A DNA stretch of 64,000 nucleotides from Raillietiella orientalis (Eukaryota), in NCBI GenBank assembly GCA_036172245.1, contig JAYWIR010000011.1, forward strand, positions 992,001 through 1,056,000, in the 5' to 3' direction. Below are positions 1-12,200 of the stretch, in pieces (within the stretch, counting starts at the first letter, position 1; the number at the start of each line of letters is the position of its first letter). The notes under the pieces are model-generated. The model ran no database searches and was not told the DNA's origin. It was given only the letters and a program-made list of their open reading frames with translations. The position numbers were made by a program, and so were the translations under genes.

Positions 1-1249
1 CTTTTTGGAAGGTCCTGTTACTCGAACCTTCCATCGTGTCGCGTGTCCCTTGATCTTTTTGTTCAAGCACGAAGGATGAATCCTGGTTTCGCGCCAGATC
101 TCCCAAGGGGGAATGAGTTTACTTCCTGCAACAGGTTAACAAAAGAACGCGCAGAAGAAGGAAGCAATGCGTTCTCAACGCCGTAATCATCGTCAGCGCA
201 GTGGTCGGCAGTCGGATCACAGTTCATCCCCCTGCATTTATTCATGCTGCATCTGGAAGGGGAGCATTGGGGTGGTGACCTTGAGCTGCGCCAGTCATTC
301 GCAACTTTTGCAAGATGCACTTGAGTGTCGAGGCAGGCACTCTTCCTCAGTTGAGGAACTCGATCTCCTTCTTTCTCGATCCTTTCAGGATTTCGGCCGC
401 GGACACTTTGCCGTGGAGCACATCCTTAAATAAATCTCGGTGATAGGTAAAATCCCAGTTTGACAGGGTGCTTCCTAGGCTGCTGAATTCTGAAAAGGGG
501 GGATTAATTTCTGTAACAAAACAGAGACCGCAGCAGCTTTGTACCTACGAGGGGAAGCGTTGAGAGTTCAAAGGATGCAATAGAAGAAACGGGACCTTCT
601 AATTGGTTTAAATACTTTATGGATGTTTTAGGCAAGTATCATCGTTCTGGACAGCAACTTCCACCTATCTCTGAGAATGCATACAAATTGTCCAGTGAGT
701 CAGACGATCTCTTATAAAACAGGAAGATGAAGCAGACTAGAAGCTATTGGAGAAGGAGAAAAAGGAAAAACGAGTCGCTCTAGAATTTACTCTCATTCGA
801 TCTCCAGTCGCTGAAGCAGTCTTTCTTTGTGGGCGTTGTCTACTGCAATCTTCCTGTTCCCAGACTTCCAGGCTTGAGTTTAGTCAAAGCATGGTCCAGT
901 GAATAGCTGGATTTTTCTGAGGAACTGAAGATACTCTGTAGTGAACAACTGAAAATTTGCCCCTGGCAAGTTCTTGAGTTTCCTGCTCGGAAAAGTAGCT
1001 TTCCACATGCTGTAGACGCTTAGAGGGATTCAGGTTCAGAGTGATTCGTAGATTATTGCGCGGTGCAATGCTCCCCTCAACGCGGGGGGCGCATCGAGGA
1101 ACTGAAGCTCTGGTTCGTTTCCGGTTCTGGAAGATTGAGTACATCAATTTCTCCTTGTCCGTCCTTAGCGCAGGAATGGCTTATTCAACGCGAGAACTCG
1201 TAACCTATCAGCTATAAACGTCTACCTATAATGTCCTCCATGAAACGCT

Positions 1250-1700
1250 GCAGCAAAGAAAAGGAAGAGAAGGTTCCCTCTCGTTAAACCGAATTTCCTG
1301 GGCGTGCTGGACTGCTGGTTCCATTTCTGCTTCTTTCGCTCCGGAAGACGGCATGCAGCACACTTTATGTATTTTCCTCTTCTTCATTTCTCGTAGTGAG
1401 GAGAGGGTCATCCGTGTAACGCAGGATTTTCGGGGGTGCACCAGGATGCACGGGCGTCCAAAAAGAACTCATCCTTTTCCAAACTCCCCTTTCTGGCTGC
1501 AGTAGTTGAATGCCTCTCCCAGATAGATTCGATTTATTGTCGATGGTCCGTACGATGAGCTCCATCCTTTGATCACTCAGGGAGGCAGAGATTCAATGAG
1601 ATCTTACCAGCTTAGTCAGTAAAATAATTTGCCTCGTCGGTGCCGTCTGCATTTCTTAAAGTCGAAGCCCCCTTTACTCAGTGCATTCTAGAACCTCCCT
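1250..1700 (-). mobile_element. Highly decayed non-LTR retrotransposon RT remnant (L1/Tx1-like)
   Basis: ORF 1365..1565(-) contains ILRYTDDPLLTTRNEEE (resembles the YADD catalytic motif), preceded by MELIVRTI (resembles the post-QG 'ME.L.R.I' segment); frequent stops; boundaries approximate. Confidence 0.35.
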
Positions 1701-3488
1701 CACCCTTCTCCAGAGAAGTAGGTCGACTCATAACTCCTCAGGTAGCATAGCAACATTTCGTGACGAACGGGCCGAGCACGCAAAGCAGTGATGGAGGACG
1801 CTGGAGTGGACCCATCATGCGATGATTAACTTTCGAGCGAATGCGCCCAGAGGTTCGCACTTCTCGCTGGGTCGGTTCGCGGAAAGAAGTGGTGATCTGG
1901 TCGCCAGGAACCACCCTCCCGTTGTTCCCGACCGACCCTTCCTACCCCATTCTATTTTCCCCAGCGCTCCGGAAACTTTCCCGTGGAGCCGCGAAGTTCC
2001 CGTTCTACTTCCAAGGACAGAAATTCCTAAGAAACACGGCTTGTTCGATGCTCTCCCGATGAGCTCCTCCAAGGTTGCGTGTTGCCAGCCAAGTCAGGAT
2101 GGAAATTTTCCGAAGTATTTTTAACACACGAACCTAGCATCTCTATTGTCTCTGAGGGTAGTCATCTTCCGAAACACGTAGGCGCCGTTAGGCGGAAACG
2201 CATCCGCCACTTTGAATCCACGAAAAAGTGAAATCTTCACGCCTTCAGCTTCGAGCCCCAAAGACCCGCCTCGGAGGGCAGGCAGACGCCGCACATGTGC
2301 CCACCGAGAGACTCCAGAGTCTTGGCATGAGAAGCGCCTGTGGGAGAGAGAGGAAGCGATCCTCTCGCGACATTTGCAAATTAGATTTCAAAGGTACGCA
2401 GCATCACAGATCTCGCCCAGTGGCGATGCGAAAAGCAAACTCAGCTTGATGTGCGCCGCGTTTTGAAGAACCCGCATCGGCAAACCGAGACAGCGCCAAT
2501 CAGCCATTGTTCCTTGCGGTGCATCAAAACCCCCCTAGCATCCCCAGATTGACGCTCCTCAGACAATTTATCGTTGTATTCCTCAGAGAAGCAGATTGAT
2601 TTGCGAGTTTGTCAGTACGGTATCCGGGAACCTCCGAGAAATCCCTGTTTTGGGGTTATGCCAGAATCTTATCTTTGTGATCTGACTCAATCTGAGCAGT
2701 TCCACCCCATATGTTCACATGGTACTCAGATGCTGCATGCTTTTAAGGGATCAATGCGCTCCATTTCAGGCTGCTTTGCATGCCCGAATTAGGCACGACT
2801 TTACCAGTTCATTCGTTCCTTCGGCCCCGAATCCCCTGTCACACAAAAGCACCAAGTATTCCGATGATCGTGAGGCCCTCTCCAAGAATCCAATTTTCAT
2901 TGCCAAGATTTCCATTCCTCTTGGGTCTATCCCTACTCAACCCACTCCCGCTCCCGTCCTCTTGATTTATCCTCGGCCTCTTTCATTACCCGAGCCTACC
3001 ATATGGACATGGGTTTCGTGTTTCTCCCCAGAACGGCGCACTCTGCCTTCGATCTCCCGAGAAGCGAAGAGGCGCTTCCGCCTCCAAACTTCCGGAGGAG
3101 AAACTCACTTGCCGCCGTCTCGCGCGGTGAACTCACCTTTGGTCACCTTCACTGCGAGTGTTTCCTCGGGCAGTCCACCGTGATTTCACGAGCATTCGCA
3201 GCCAGCAAGCGGTGCCGATGGTCCCCTAGGAGCGAGAGGAAGGAGGGGGGAGGGGTGAAAACCGACGTCAACTTCCTCCCCCTCCTGTTTTTTCACTCTC
3301 ACCCTTCCAGCTCCAGCAAACTCTGGGGAAGAGCCGGTGAACTCAATTCTCTTTTTCTCTCGGTAATGCAACTCCGAAAGTGTCACGCCCGGTTTGAGAC
3401 TTCCCTGCGCCCTTTCTTTTCGCCTCAGAAAGAGTGGAATTCTAGCGGCGCTTGTTGGCTAGGATGTACGAGCTGGCGAAAGCACGAT

Positions 3489-3835
3489 TTACCCCGAGCT
3501 CGTGTACTGGGTCGCAGCTTCCGTGCACCTTCCGGGACGGCGTGCTTGGCCAGTTCTCCTGGCCAAACACGCCGCTCTTCCCGGCTGGTGATGGTCCCGT
3601 GCTCTCGTTGTAGTGGGACAGACGGGACGCTTCTGCTGCGAGACGCTTGAAGATGTCGTTCGCGAAGCTGTCCACAATCGACATGGTATCCAGATGCACC
3701 TTCTTCAAAACTTTATAGGTGTAGATGGAGTAAACTCTCCTTCCTCTTCGGCTTCTTCTTGTTTCCCTTCGTGATGTTCTTCTGCGCCTTGCCTGCCTTC
3801 TTCACTGCTTTCCCACCACTGGACTATGGAGCCAT
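3489..3835 (-). pseudogene. H2B: Histone H2B pseudogene (orphon)
   Basis: Minus strand reads [33 protein letters not shown], frameshift, [22 protein letters not shown] missing, [26 protein letters not shown], frameshift, TITSRE...GELAKHAV...TQYTSSG*. In-frame TAG at codon 4 (3824-3826), several frameshifts and deletions. The N-terminal tail is of the arthropod type. Confidence 0.93.
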
Positions 3836-6800
3836 CGCGAATCCATACAGCAACACCACGCACTGCATCCTTCCGGCAACTTGAGGTGCCGCACCCTCAG
3901 GCGGCAACCAGCACGCATGTAGTAGTCCACACACTGCAAGGAGAGGAGCGCGATTTCTCAGTTTACCTCTTCTTGCGCCCCTGTCCGCCGGTCGGCTCAG
4001 CGATATCGATCCGAATGCGCCGAGGTCTGTCTGTGCCTCTTTGTCTAGGCTTTTCACTTTTCCCTGGCATGCACCCCGTCCTGCCTCCTGACACGAGAGT
4101 GCACCCGCGCGAGTGCGCGCAGAGGCGCAAGTGTGCGTCACGTGCACCCGTAGAGAGTCCGCTGAGGGGAACCAAGCGCCCGGCATGACTTTGTGGGCCG
4201 AAAAGGTGCACATGCCAGCAAATTGTGGCGCGCCCGCGGGACAGCAGTGCGAGGCATCGCTGAGGGACCTTTCTCCTGGCCCCCGCCCACCGGAGGCCTT
4301 TGCGCTCCGAACGCCCGCGTCCCTGCCCTCCGGTTTGGCTCGCGCGCGTCCTTCGGCGATAGAGCGCCGAAGGAAGAGACTACGAGAAGTCAGAGCCGTT
4401 CGTTCGCGACGTCGGTTCCCGTCGTGAAGCTCAAGGTGGCATCCGTTGGTTTCCGCCCCTAGGATCTGAGGGCGAAGGTCGAACCCGGAGCACCGCTTTC
4501 CGGACACGAAAGCTGGAGGATGACACGTCATCGGCAACGGGAGTCGGGAAGAGTTCTCGCATGGTGCTACGGTTTTTTGCTGCCAGAGGAGTGCGTGAAG
4601 AAAGCAGCGCTTACAAAGTTCATTTCCTCGAAAGAGAGGCGGGGGGGAGAGTGGAATTTCTCTGCAAATCTTAACATTTCCTACGTTCATCAAAGCAGGG
4701 AAGTGGAAATGCCCGGTTCTTCGGAAGTGGAGACCAAACTTCTACTTCCGGCGCACCCAGTAGTTCCGGAAAGGGAACATAAACTTCCCGACAAGATTCC
4801 GGCTGGAAATCAGTGAGGCCACACTAGTGGCATTCCTCTCTGAACAGCAATTTCGGGCTGTTGGACGCCGCTGGTTCGGACTGGTCTCGCGCTGAAGGAG
4901 CTCTTGTTGCGGCGTCAACTCTGCTTGGCTGCGGTATTTTTCCTGTGCAAAGGGGGTCAGAGGTTCGTTCGGCTGTTCGGCACTCGACCGCTCGGAGGGG
5001 TGACCTGGGAGGCGCACCCGCTAGATGTCCTGGCAGCGCTGGAGGCTGCGCGACGCCATCTTGTTTTGCTGGTACGCGCACACATTCCCCATAATCCATC
5101 GTCGTTCTTGGAGTAGTGAAATCCCATAGAGACGGCGGCAACTGCGCTAGTCGACGCCTCCCTCGGGTTTCTCCCAAGCGCGAGTTCTTCCCTTCCCTTG
5201 CTTTTTTTTTTTTTTTCTTTCACCTCCCTTCCGAACGTCCTGCAGGCGTCCACTGTTCCGCGGTTCCCTCCCTGTTCTCAGGACGAAGTCGGGTCGTAGC
5301 GACTACTCCGCACCCATCGCCACTCGGTCCGTTGCTGGCCAGCATCTCCCCGTCGTGCGTGCGGCGCCCTCTTGGCTGTGCCGATCGAGGCGCTGCGCCT
5401 CCCGTTGCTGCAGAGAAGAGGGGGTGCCACACGCAACGATTAGCGTCGCATTTCTGGCACCTGCGGCGAGAACGCATTCCCTCGTCTGCTTCCTAGGTGG
5501 CGCTCGGGAAGGCAGGAGACGGAGGCACGTCGCATGTGCGAAAAACTGACCGCGAGCGGTGGAGCATCATCGGTGGTCACCACTGGCGAGGGATGATGGC
5601 ACGCATAGGGGAGAATTCGAACCCCACGGCTCAAACACGAGCTTTTCTGTTGAGCCGAAAGAGGCGGTCCGTCGGCGTCGAGGAAACTCGAGCGCGGTTT
5701 CCATGCAGATGGAGGCTGTTGTGCGGGGAGTCAGAGCCGCTGCACCGCGACGTAGGAGCCACCTGTTTTTCCGAATCGCTCCCGATGAACCATCGAACGG
5801 GAGGTGGAGAGGGCGGAAATTCGGTTCAGCGCCAGGTATATCCACAAACGCCCCACTCGAGCGGATGGGGGCGTGCGAGGTGCTCCCCACGCGTTAGTAA
5901 ACGTGGCAGACCGCACGTGCACCTGTCAAGACAGCATGCTTAGAACCCCCCCCACTTTGGCGAAACCTTCATTCTGGGATTCTCCCGCGAGCGGAGTAGC
6001 CGACACAGGCGTGTTACACGACGAAGGTAGTAATTAACAAACCTTTACTGCTCTTTGATAAAAAGAATCATAAAAGGTTCACGTTTCCTCAGCAGTGGCG
6101 GCTGGAAGAATAAAATCTTTACGGCGAGACGGGTGCTTCTGAGCTCTAATCAGACACCCAGCCAAATGGGAACGCTGATTCCACGTGCCTTGCGTCGGGG
6201 AAATGGGGTGAAGACGTGCTTTGCTGCTTCCGAGGTGCACGGAATCATCCCGCTGGCCAGCAAAAGAGGACAGAGAAGAAGCGCTCGCGTGTGTCTCCGT
6301 AGAAACCGGTCATATCCGTGCTAATCCTCGAAGCCTTTCCGGTTTTCGCTGGACTTTGCGCAAGCTGCTACTCGTGCAGCAAATGGCTGCATCCATGCAA
6401 GGAGATCTCTGATAGGGCAGCTGCTGTCTTCCGAGCCTAGCCAGGAGGATTGGAACTTTCTGCTACATCTGCAAGAAGCGTTCTCCCGCAGAGCGTGTCG
6501 TCAAGGCGTTTCCTCATCTCGTCGGCTGGGCACGCATCCTTGCGAAGCCCTTAGAGCGAGGCCGACGAGCCTCCCTTCAGCACCTCACACGCGGGATTTT
6601 CAGCACCTTCCTCTCGTTGGTGCGCAGTCGAATTGATGAACTTCCCTGGATCTTTGTGGCAGAATGGTGCGTGCACTGAGCAATGATGAGCTTCCTTCCG
6701 AAACGCCACCTTCAAGGAAATCGTGAGGCTGCAATAAGGTTGCTATTGCGGCTCGGGAACATTTGGTTCCTGAAAGTATGGAAAATTCCACCAGCATCGT

Positions 6801-8099
6801 CATTGCTTCATGCTTCTCGCGAAGGCCAATAGGTTCGGGAGAGTGCTCGTGATCAGCAGCAGACGTAGCCCGTTTCTGTGAGTGTGGTCGCTCTGTTAAG
6901 GAGGGGGTGAGGGGATCCACAGGAGGCTCACGTGGAATTGCCGACATTTCTGTACGCGTTTGGCGACTTGGCGGAAGCGCTCTTTGAGGATGGCGCTCAA
7001 CGTGAGTTGTTGCTCACCAGGAGATGAGTGATCCTTGGAAGACCGTGGCGTACCTTCCCAGCAACCGATCGCGGCTGCAGCCCGACGGCACGCGGGAGGA
7101 CGGAGCATCATCTTGGGCAACGTTGAGGGCAAGCCAGCTGCAGCACGTGTTCTCGAAGCGTGTGTGCGAAGGAACAGAAGGAACGCGTGCGTTTTCTGCG
7201 CGCCGTCACTCGCACGGATAAGGCACAAGGGATCCGACACTGTCAGGGGCAGCGGATCCCACGGGAAAGGGACTCCTTGTGCGCTTCTGGGTCGCCCTCA
7301 GAACCAACCGCGGCAGCTCCGAAAATCCGCGTTTCTCTTGGAAAAGTAGGAATCTGTTCCCGCGCCGGCGAATTTCGAGGACCGAGGTGTGCCTGTGCGC
7401 CATGCTTGCACGCTGATGGTTACAAGGGGCGAATCCGTGTTCGCGGAAGTGTGCCCATTGGATCCACCCCCGTCCACGAGGTGACGTGAATCAATTGCGA
7501 TAAAGTTACCGATGAGCAGTAAACAAGAGTCACTTGACACTCCTGGGTGACCACGAGGCACACCACACCTAGTAAACACCGCAATGGAACAGAAGTATCG
7601 AAATCGACTTCTTCCGTTACGTGTGCTCAGTTGGACTTGGCTGTCTGTTAGCCTCTGTCCGGTGCACTGCGTTAGAGGCATAAGAGCGAGAAGCATGTGT
7701 TACTTTGCAATCTGATGAACGCCTCTCCAAGCATTTCACCACACCCATCACGCTATTCGAGATTGAGGTCTGGCAATGAAAATCTTAGAACAAGCGTCAG
7801 GGAGGAGATCAAAAAGCCGAATGGAAGAATCGAGTTCCTGACAGACGTGCTCCAGATGCCGTCTTACCCATGGGGGATACGCGCGCTCGCGCGCGAGTGC
7901 AAAAGTGGCGAACAAGTTGAAACTCGACCCCAATAAAATCCTCAGACAGATCAAATAAGGGAGAATGAAAGTCCGCGTTTTCCTGGCATCCATCTTCGAG
8001 TTTTCAATTCAAGAAAAGGAAAGGCTTGGTGATACGGGTCATTGGTGAAGCGTAATTGCGGATTCGCCTTTGTCTGAAGCCTTCCTCAAGTCCGAAAGG

Positions 8100-8800
8100 A
8101 TCAAACGTGATTGCTGAGCTGTTGTTGCATTAACTGACCTTCGAGGAATTATCCGGCACCTTGCTCCATCGACCTTGAAGCCTCTGCGATGGAACTGATC
8201 GATGGAAGTAGCACCTGATGGAAACAGCATTTTGACGCATCCTAATTTTCCTATGCTTTGCACCATCAGACAGTTGCGCATCAGAGATGGCTCTCTGCGG
8301 TGTGTGGAGAGAAAGTCGCAGAAGGTACACCGCTAGCCGGGGCACCTTGGAGGAAGTCGATGTCATGTCGGTCGCGCACGCCAAGCACAAGACCTCTCGG
8401 CAGGAAATCGTCAGAGGCATTTGCTTGTCCCTCTTTCCCTTTGCTTCTTGATTTGGACGTGGTTACGTAGGAACGTAGAAACCATGGAATTGGGAAGCTG
8501 CGTATTCCCGAAATTTCGTTTCGAAAATTGAATGGCTCACCACGAACGCATCTCAGTCTTCGAGAAGAAGAAGAAGAAAAATGATGAATCACTCCATAGT
8601 AAATCTTAAATGGGAAGATGGGAAAACAATTGAATTCGACTCATTCCGACGGATGAAGGTATCATCAACTCGTGCTCTTCCGCAGTCCGTGATGGATATG
8701 GACAGGCATAAACTTGCCAAGCTTGGTGACACGGATGTAATCTTTATTTCATTGCCCTCGGTGGGACTTGAGACTTCCAATGATGTCTTTAACAATCCGA
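8100..8800 (-). mobile_element. Highly decayed non-LTR RT remnant
   Basis: VLCLACATDMTSTSS (resembles LAYADD) in ORF 8130..8420(-), with GIRSFPIPWFL (resembles GxxQGxPLSP) upstream in the expected order; very degenerate. Confidence 0.25.
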
Positions 8801-11789
8801 ATTGATTGATTGCTGATTGCCTCTTCTGGCACAATGTTCCTGCGGTCCTGCTCTTCCGGGTTCGCAGAGGCTGATCCAACTGCAGCTGGCACTGCAGCCA
8901 TCTCGATGAATTTGCCACGGCTTTGCACGTTCGCAATCCTCTTTTTCAATAACCATCAGATGCTGCAGTCCGGCGGATTCTTTAGACTGTGGCGAGCAAT
9001 AATCAGCATCATTTTTTTTCTCGCGAGCGTGACTGTTCAACAGGATGGAGCAGAAAATCTTTGTGAGAATTTCTTCGCATTCCGTTCACGTCCGTTGAGA
9101 AATCCGAAAACTCGAAGAGCAGAATGCCTTTTGGGGGGAGATTTCATCACTCGTTTCCATGGACCTTTCTAGAAGAATGATCTTTATCCGACCTGATCTC
9201 GTAATCTGACAGCGGATGAACCAGGCCTCGTTAACTCTTGGACAATTCAGCATGACGGAGAGCTAACGGAAAGTTTTCTAATCCTCAGTTGATACAAACA
9301 GGCGAGAAAGCTCCTGAATGCCTCGAGGGAGCCGCTCGCGCATCTCTCCTCGAGTTCATTCTCAAATGTGAAAACAGCTCACCACTGGCCATCCCCACAT
9401 GTTTTTCAGTAGCCCACTAGTTGCTTCCACGGAGCCCCTTGTATTCCTCTTTCCCGAGAGGAGACCGCACGGTGTCACCACATGAAGTTGCCAGGGTGGT
9501 TTCGTTTCTCCCTCCAGGAAATATTGTAGATGATGCGTGCTACGAGACGGATGCGTTGCGGTACCACTTTTACCATGCAATCACCCAAGCGCCGAAAGTG
9601 CGAATCCGTGCAGTAATGTACTTCATCAGCTGGACTGCACAGTGACGTCACTGCAAGGGATTTACGACAGACATTCCTGCATTTTGCTTTCCTTTCCCGT
9701 TTTCGGTTCAGCAGTCATAGCCAAAGTTTGCCGCACCTGAGGCGCAGACAGGGACTTTTCTGGGAATGACATGAGTGCTCATGCATCCTCTTCCTTCACA
9801 TCCCGGTTGCCTCCACATTGGCCTCTTTGTCAGAAGACAGCGGACTCGGAGCTGTTTGTGAGGAATCCCTGCACTGGTTGTGCGTAATTTACAGACGCTT
9901 AGCCGCCGGCTGCAGAACTTTTCCGCGAGCGCAAGTGGGCTGGGAATGGGGAGAGCTGTTGGACCACTCGATGGGCTGTGCCATCTTTGCAGCAGTCTCC
10001 ACACTGCGCTCTCCACGCAACGGTTAGTGATCTCAAACCGTGCGGGAAGGGAAAGAATCCAGTGCTCCTGCCTGCGAGTCTCTCGGCTAAAGAAGGACTT
10101 CCCGATGTCCTTGGAGCTTCGTCGCGGAAAATCCAGCAGGACCGGCACCGCACCCTCGACTCGGCACCTGATCTTCTTGCGGAGAAGCACCCGCAGTTTT
10201 CGCCCACGTCAAAAACGAGGAACGGCAGCTTGGATTTTTTTTTATTTACTGGATTTGGGTGGCTGGGACGGGACGCTGGGGGCGCTGGCTGACTCGCTCT
10301 CATGCCCAGGGTGTTTCAAACTTCAGGCTGCGAGACGCAAAAGCAAGAAACGTTCTCTGTGGGGAGAGCGCACCTCGCTATGTAGCTCGAGAGCAAAAAT
10401 TCTAGCTGCGGGAAGCTTCATGATGTCGTGATTGGTAGGGAGAAAAAAGAGGCTGCTGTTCGCGATGATGGTGACGATGATTCGTGTTGATTCAGCATCA
10501 TGGCCACGCTTGCGTAGGTGCAATTTGGGATGTGGACTAGATACGCACATTCGTCGGTCATTTCGACAAGAAGAATGTGTTTGGAAATACGTATGGAAAT
10601 ACTTAAACGGCGCTGAGCACACGGGGTCTCTCAGTTCGCTTTTCTCAGAATCCGGTTCCTCCAGCATCCTGAAGTGCTCCAAGTATTTAATCGAGTAACT
10701 CGCGCGCGCTTCGAAACAGCTCCCATTCGGTGGCGCCTCCGCGATGCCGTACTCGCATCCTTCCTACCTCGAGAAAGCGCCAGCGCAGAGAAGCGTTCAG
10801 CATCTTCTCTTGAAAGCGCATCCAGTCCGCTCACTTGATGCTCTCTTGCGCCCGGATACTGGGGACTGCCTGTAGGCGCCCTTGAGTTCCCGATATTTAG
10901 TTCAGCGAAAATTCGCGACGGTTCGCGTCGCACGTTTGCACTCCATCGGCTCCGTGGACCACCTTCTAGGGTTCCCGCTTCCTGTGAAGCACAAAGAAGA
11001 CGAAGAAGATTCCTCGAAAGATTCCTCAGCAAGAAAGCAGAAGATTCCTGCCCGTGCTTCAGTAACTTCTTTGGGCTTGAAACAATTTCCCCAGGCGTGC
11101 TGGATCCCATGGAACCACCCCGGGCTGCAGCAGCTGCAAGGGGACTCCTAGAGGATAAACTTGGGATCAACTGGCAGCAAACTCCAAACGTGGAGGGGGA
11201 GGGGGCCCGATGACCGCTACAAGCAAGACTTGGATGACTACGTGGCACGCTTAGCTCGGTGGTCAGGCCGCAGTCACCTCTTGGTCTTTTACTCATTTAG
11301 CTGTTTCCAAAGCGATAGCTTGGTGTGTAATGGGACTTTGAATGTAATGAGGGCAAGAGTACTCTGATTCGTGCTGTCAGCTACCTTCCCTGAGTCCAAA
11401 ATACACCTTGCCTTTACATTATGGATTTCAGTTTCGAACTAAACAAATTCGATTTCAGGTCGAGACTGAAAGGGATGAAATCCCATTCTAGGGAACCATT
11501 TTAGGGAGCTACGGGATTGCCACAGGACTGTTGCACCTCCTTCCTTCGTGCCAGATGTTACCTTATAGCCCGTCGTTTAAGTAGGAAACGGTATCCAAGG
11601 AAACGCACCATTTCGTTTCATTGAACTGAGGTTTATCGCATCCTGTTACGGGAGGCGTGTCCGATTCAGTGGGAAAGAATATCCGCGGTTTCAAGGATGG
11701 AGTTATTTCGTCCAAACTTCAGAAAACAAAGGGGGGTGTAGCTGAAGACGATGCGGGTGGGGCAGCTGGCGAGCTTTCTCAGTGGCCAG

Positions 11790-12200
11790 CTATCCCATCA
11801 GCTTCCATGCTTCCTGCATCAGAAGCTTCCTGAAGCTTCCCGATGAGGGGGAGGGGTGTCCGAGATTTGGGACGGAGACAGCTCCGTGGAGGGGTTCTTT
11901 GGGCTGAGCGGTGGGCTCGTCACGACGGTTTTCACAAACCATTTCCACCAGGAGATGAAGTGCGAGGCGGTTTACTCGTCCGAGTTCCTCCTTGGTCGGC
12001 CTCCCAGCTGCGCGAGTGCGCGCAGGAGAAGAATGCGCGCTCTGTTCAGCGTGCTTAAAGTGATTTCCAGGAATGGGATGCATCGTTCGGTAGGATATTG
12101 CTGGAAGTTCACTCGGTGCCAAACATTCTTCCAGTGACTGACAGAGCTTCTCGTTGCATCTGCGAGAGGAGGCGAGAGAATCCGTGGAGGCAACTGTGCT
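11790..12200 (-). mobile_element. Decayed L1/Tx1-like ORF2 C-terminal remnant
   Basis: PTKEELGRVNRLALHLL...AQPKEPLHGAVSVPNL resembles the post-RT 'P..L..I.R...F.W...PK..GGL..P.L' segment. Confidence 0.3.

Noticed and set aside
3400..3488. Histone 3' stem-loop
   Set aside because: No match to the GGYYCTTTTHAGRRCC-type consensus downstream of the H2B stop
3824..4693. 289-aa ORF upstream of the H2B pseudogene
   Set aside because: No recognisable domain; it ends on the pseudogene's premature stop by coincidence; no H2A on the opposite strand
6600..7240. Further possible RT remnants (also about 15030-15350, 17380-17500, 18700-19250, 43600-43950)
   Set aside because: Only single degenerate motif resemblances; too weak to call without a profile search
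9630..9700. DVTARDLRQTFLH as the missing dpr 5' exon
   Set aside because: Lacks the required cysteine and a suitable splice donor
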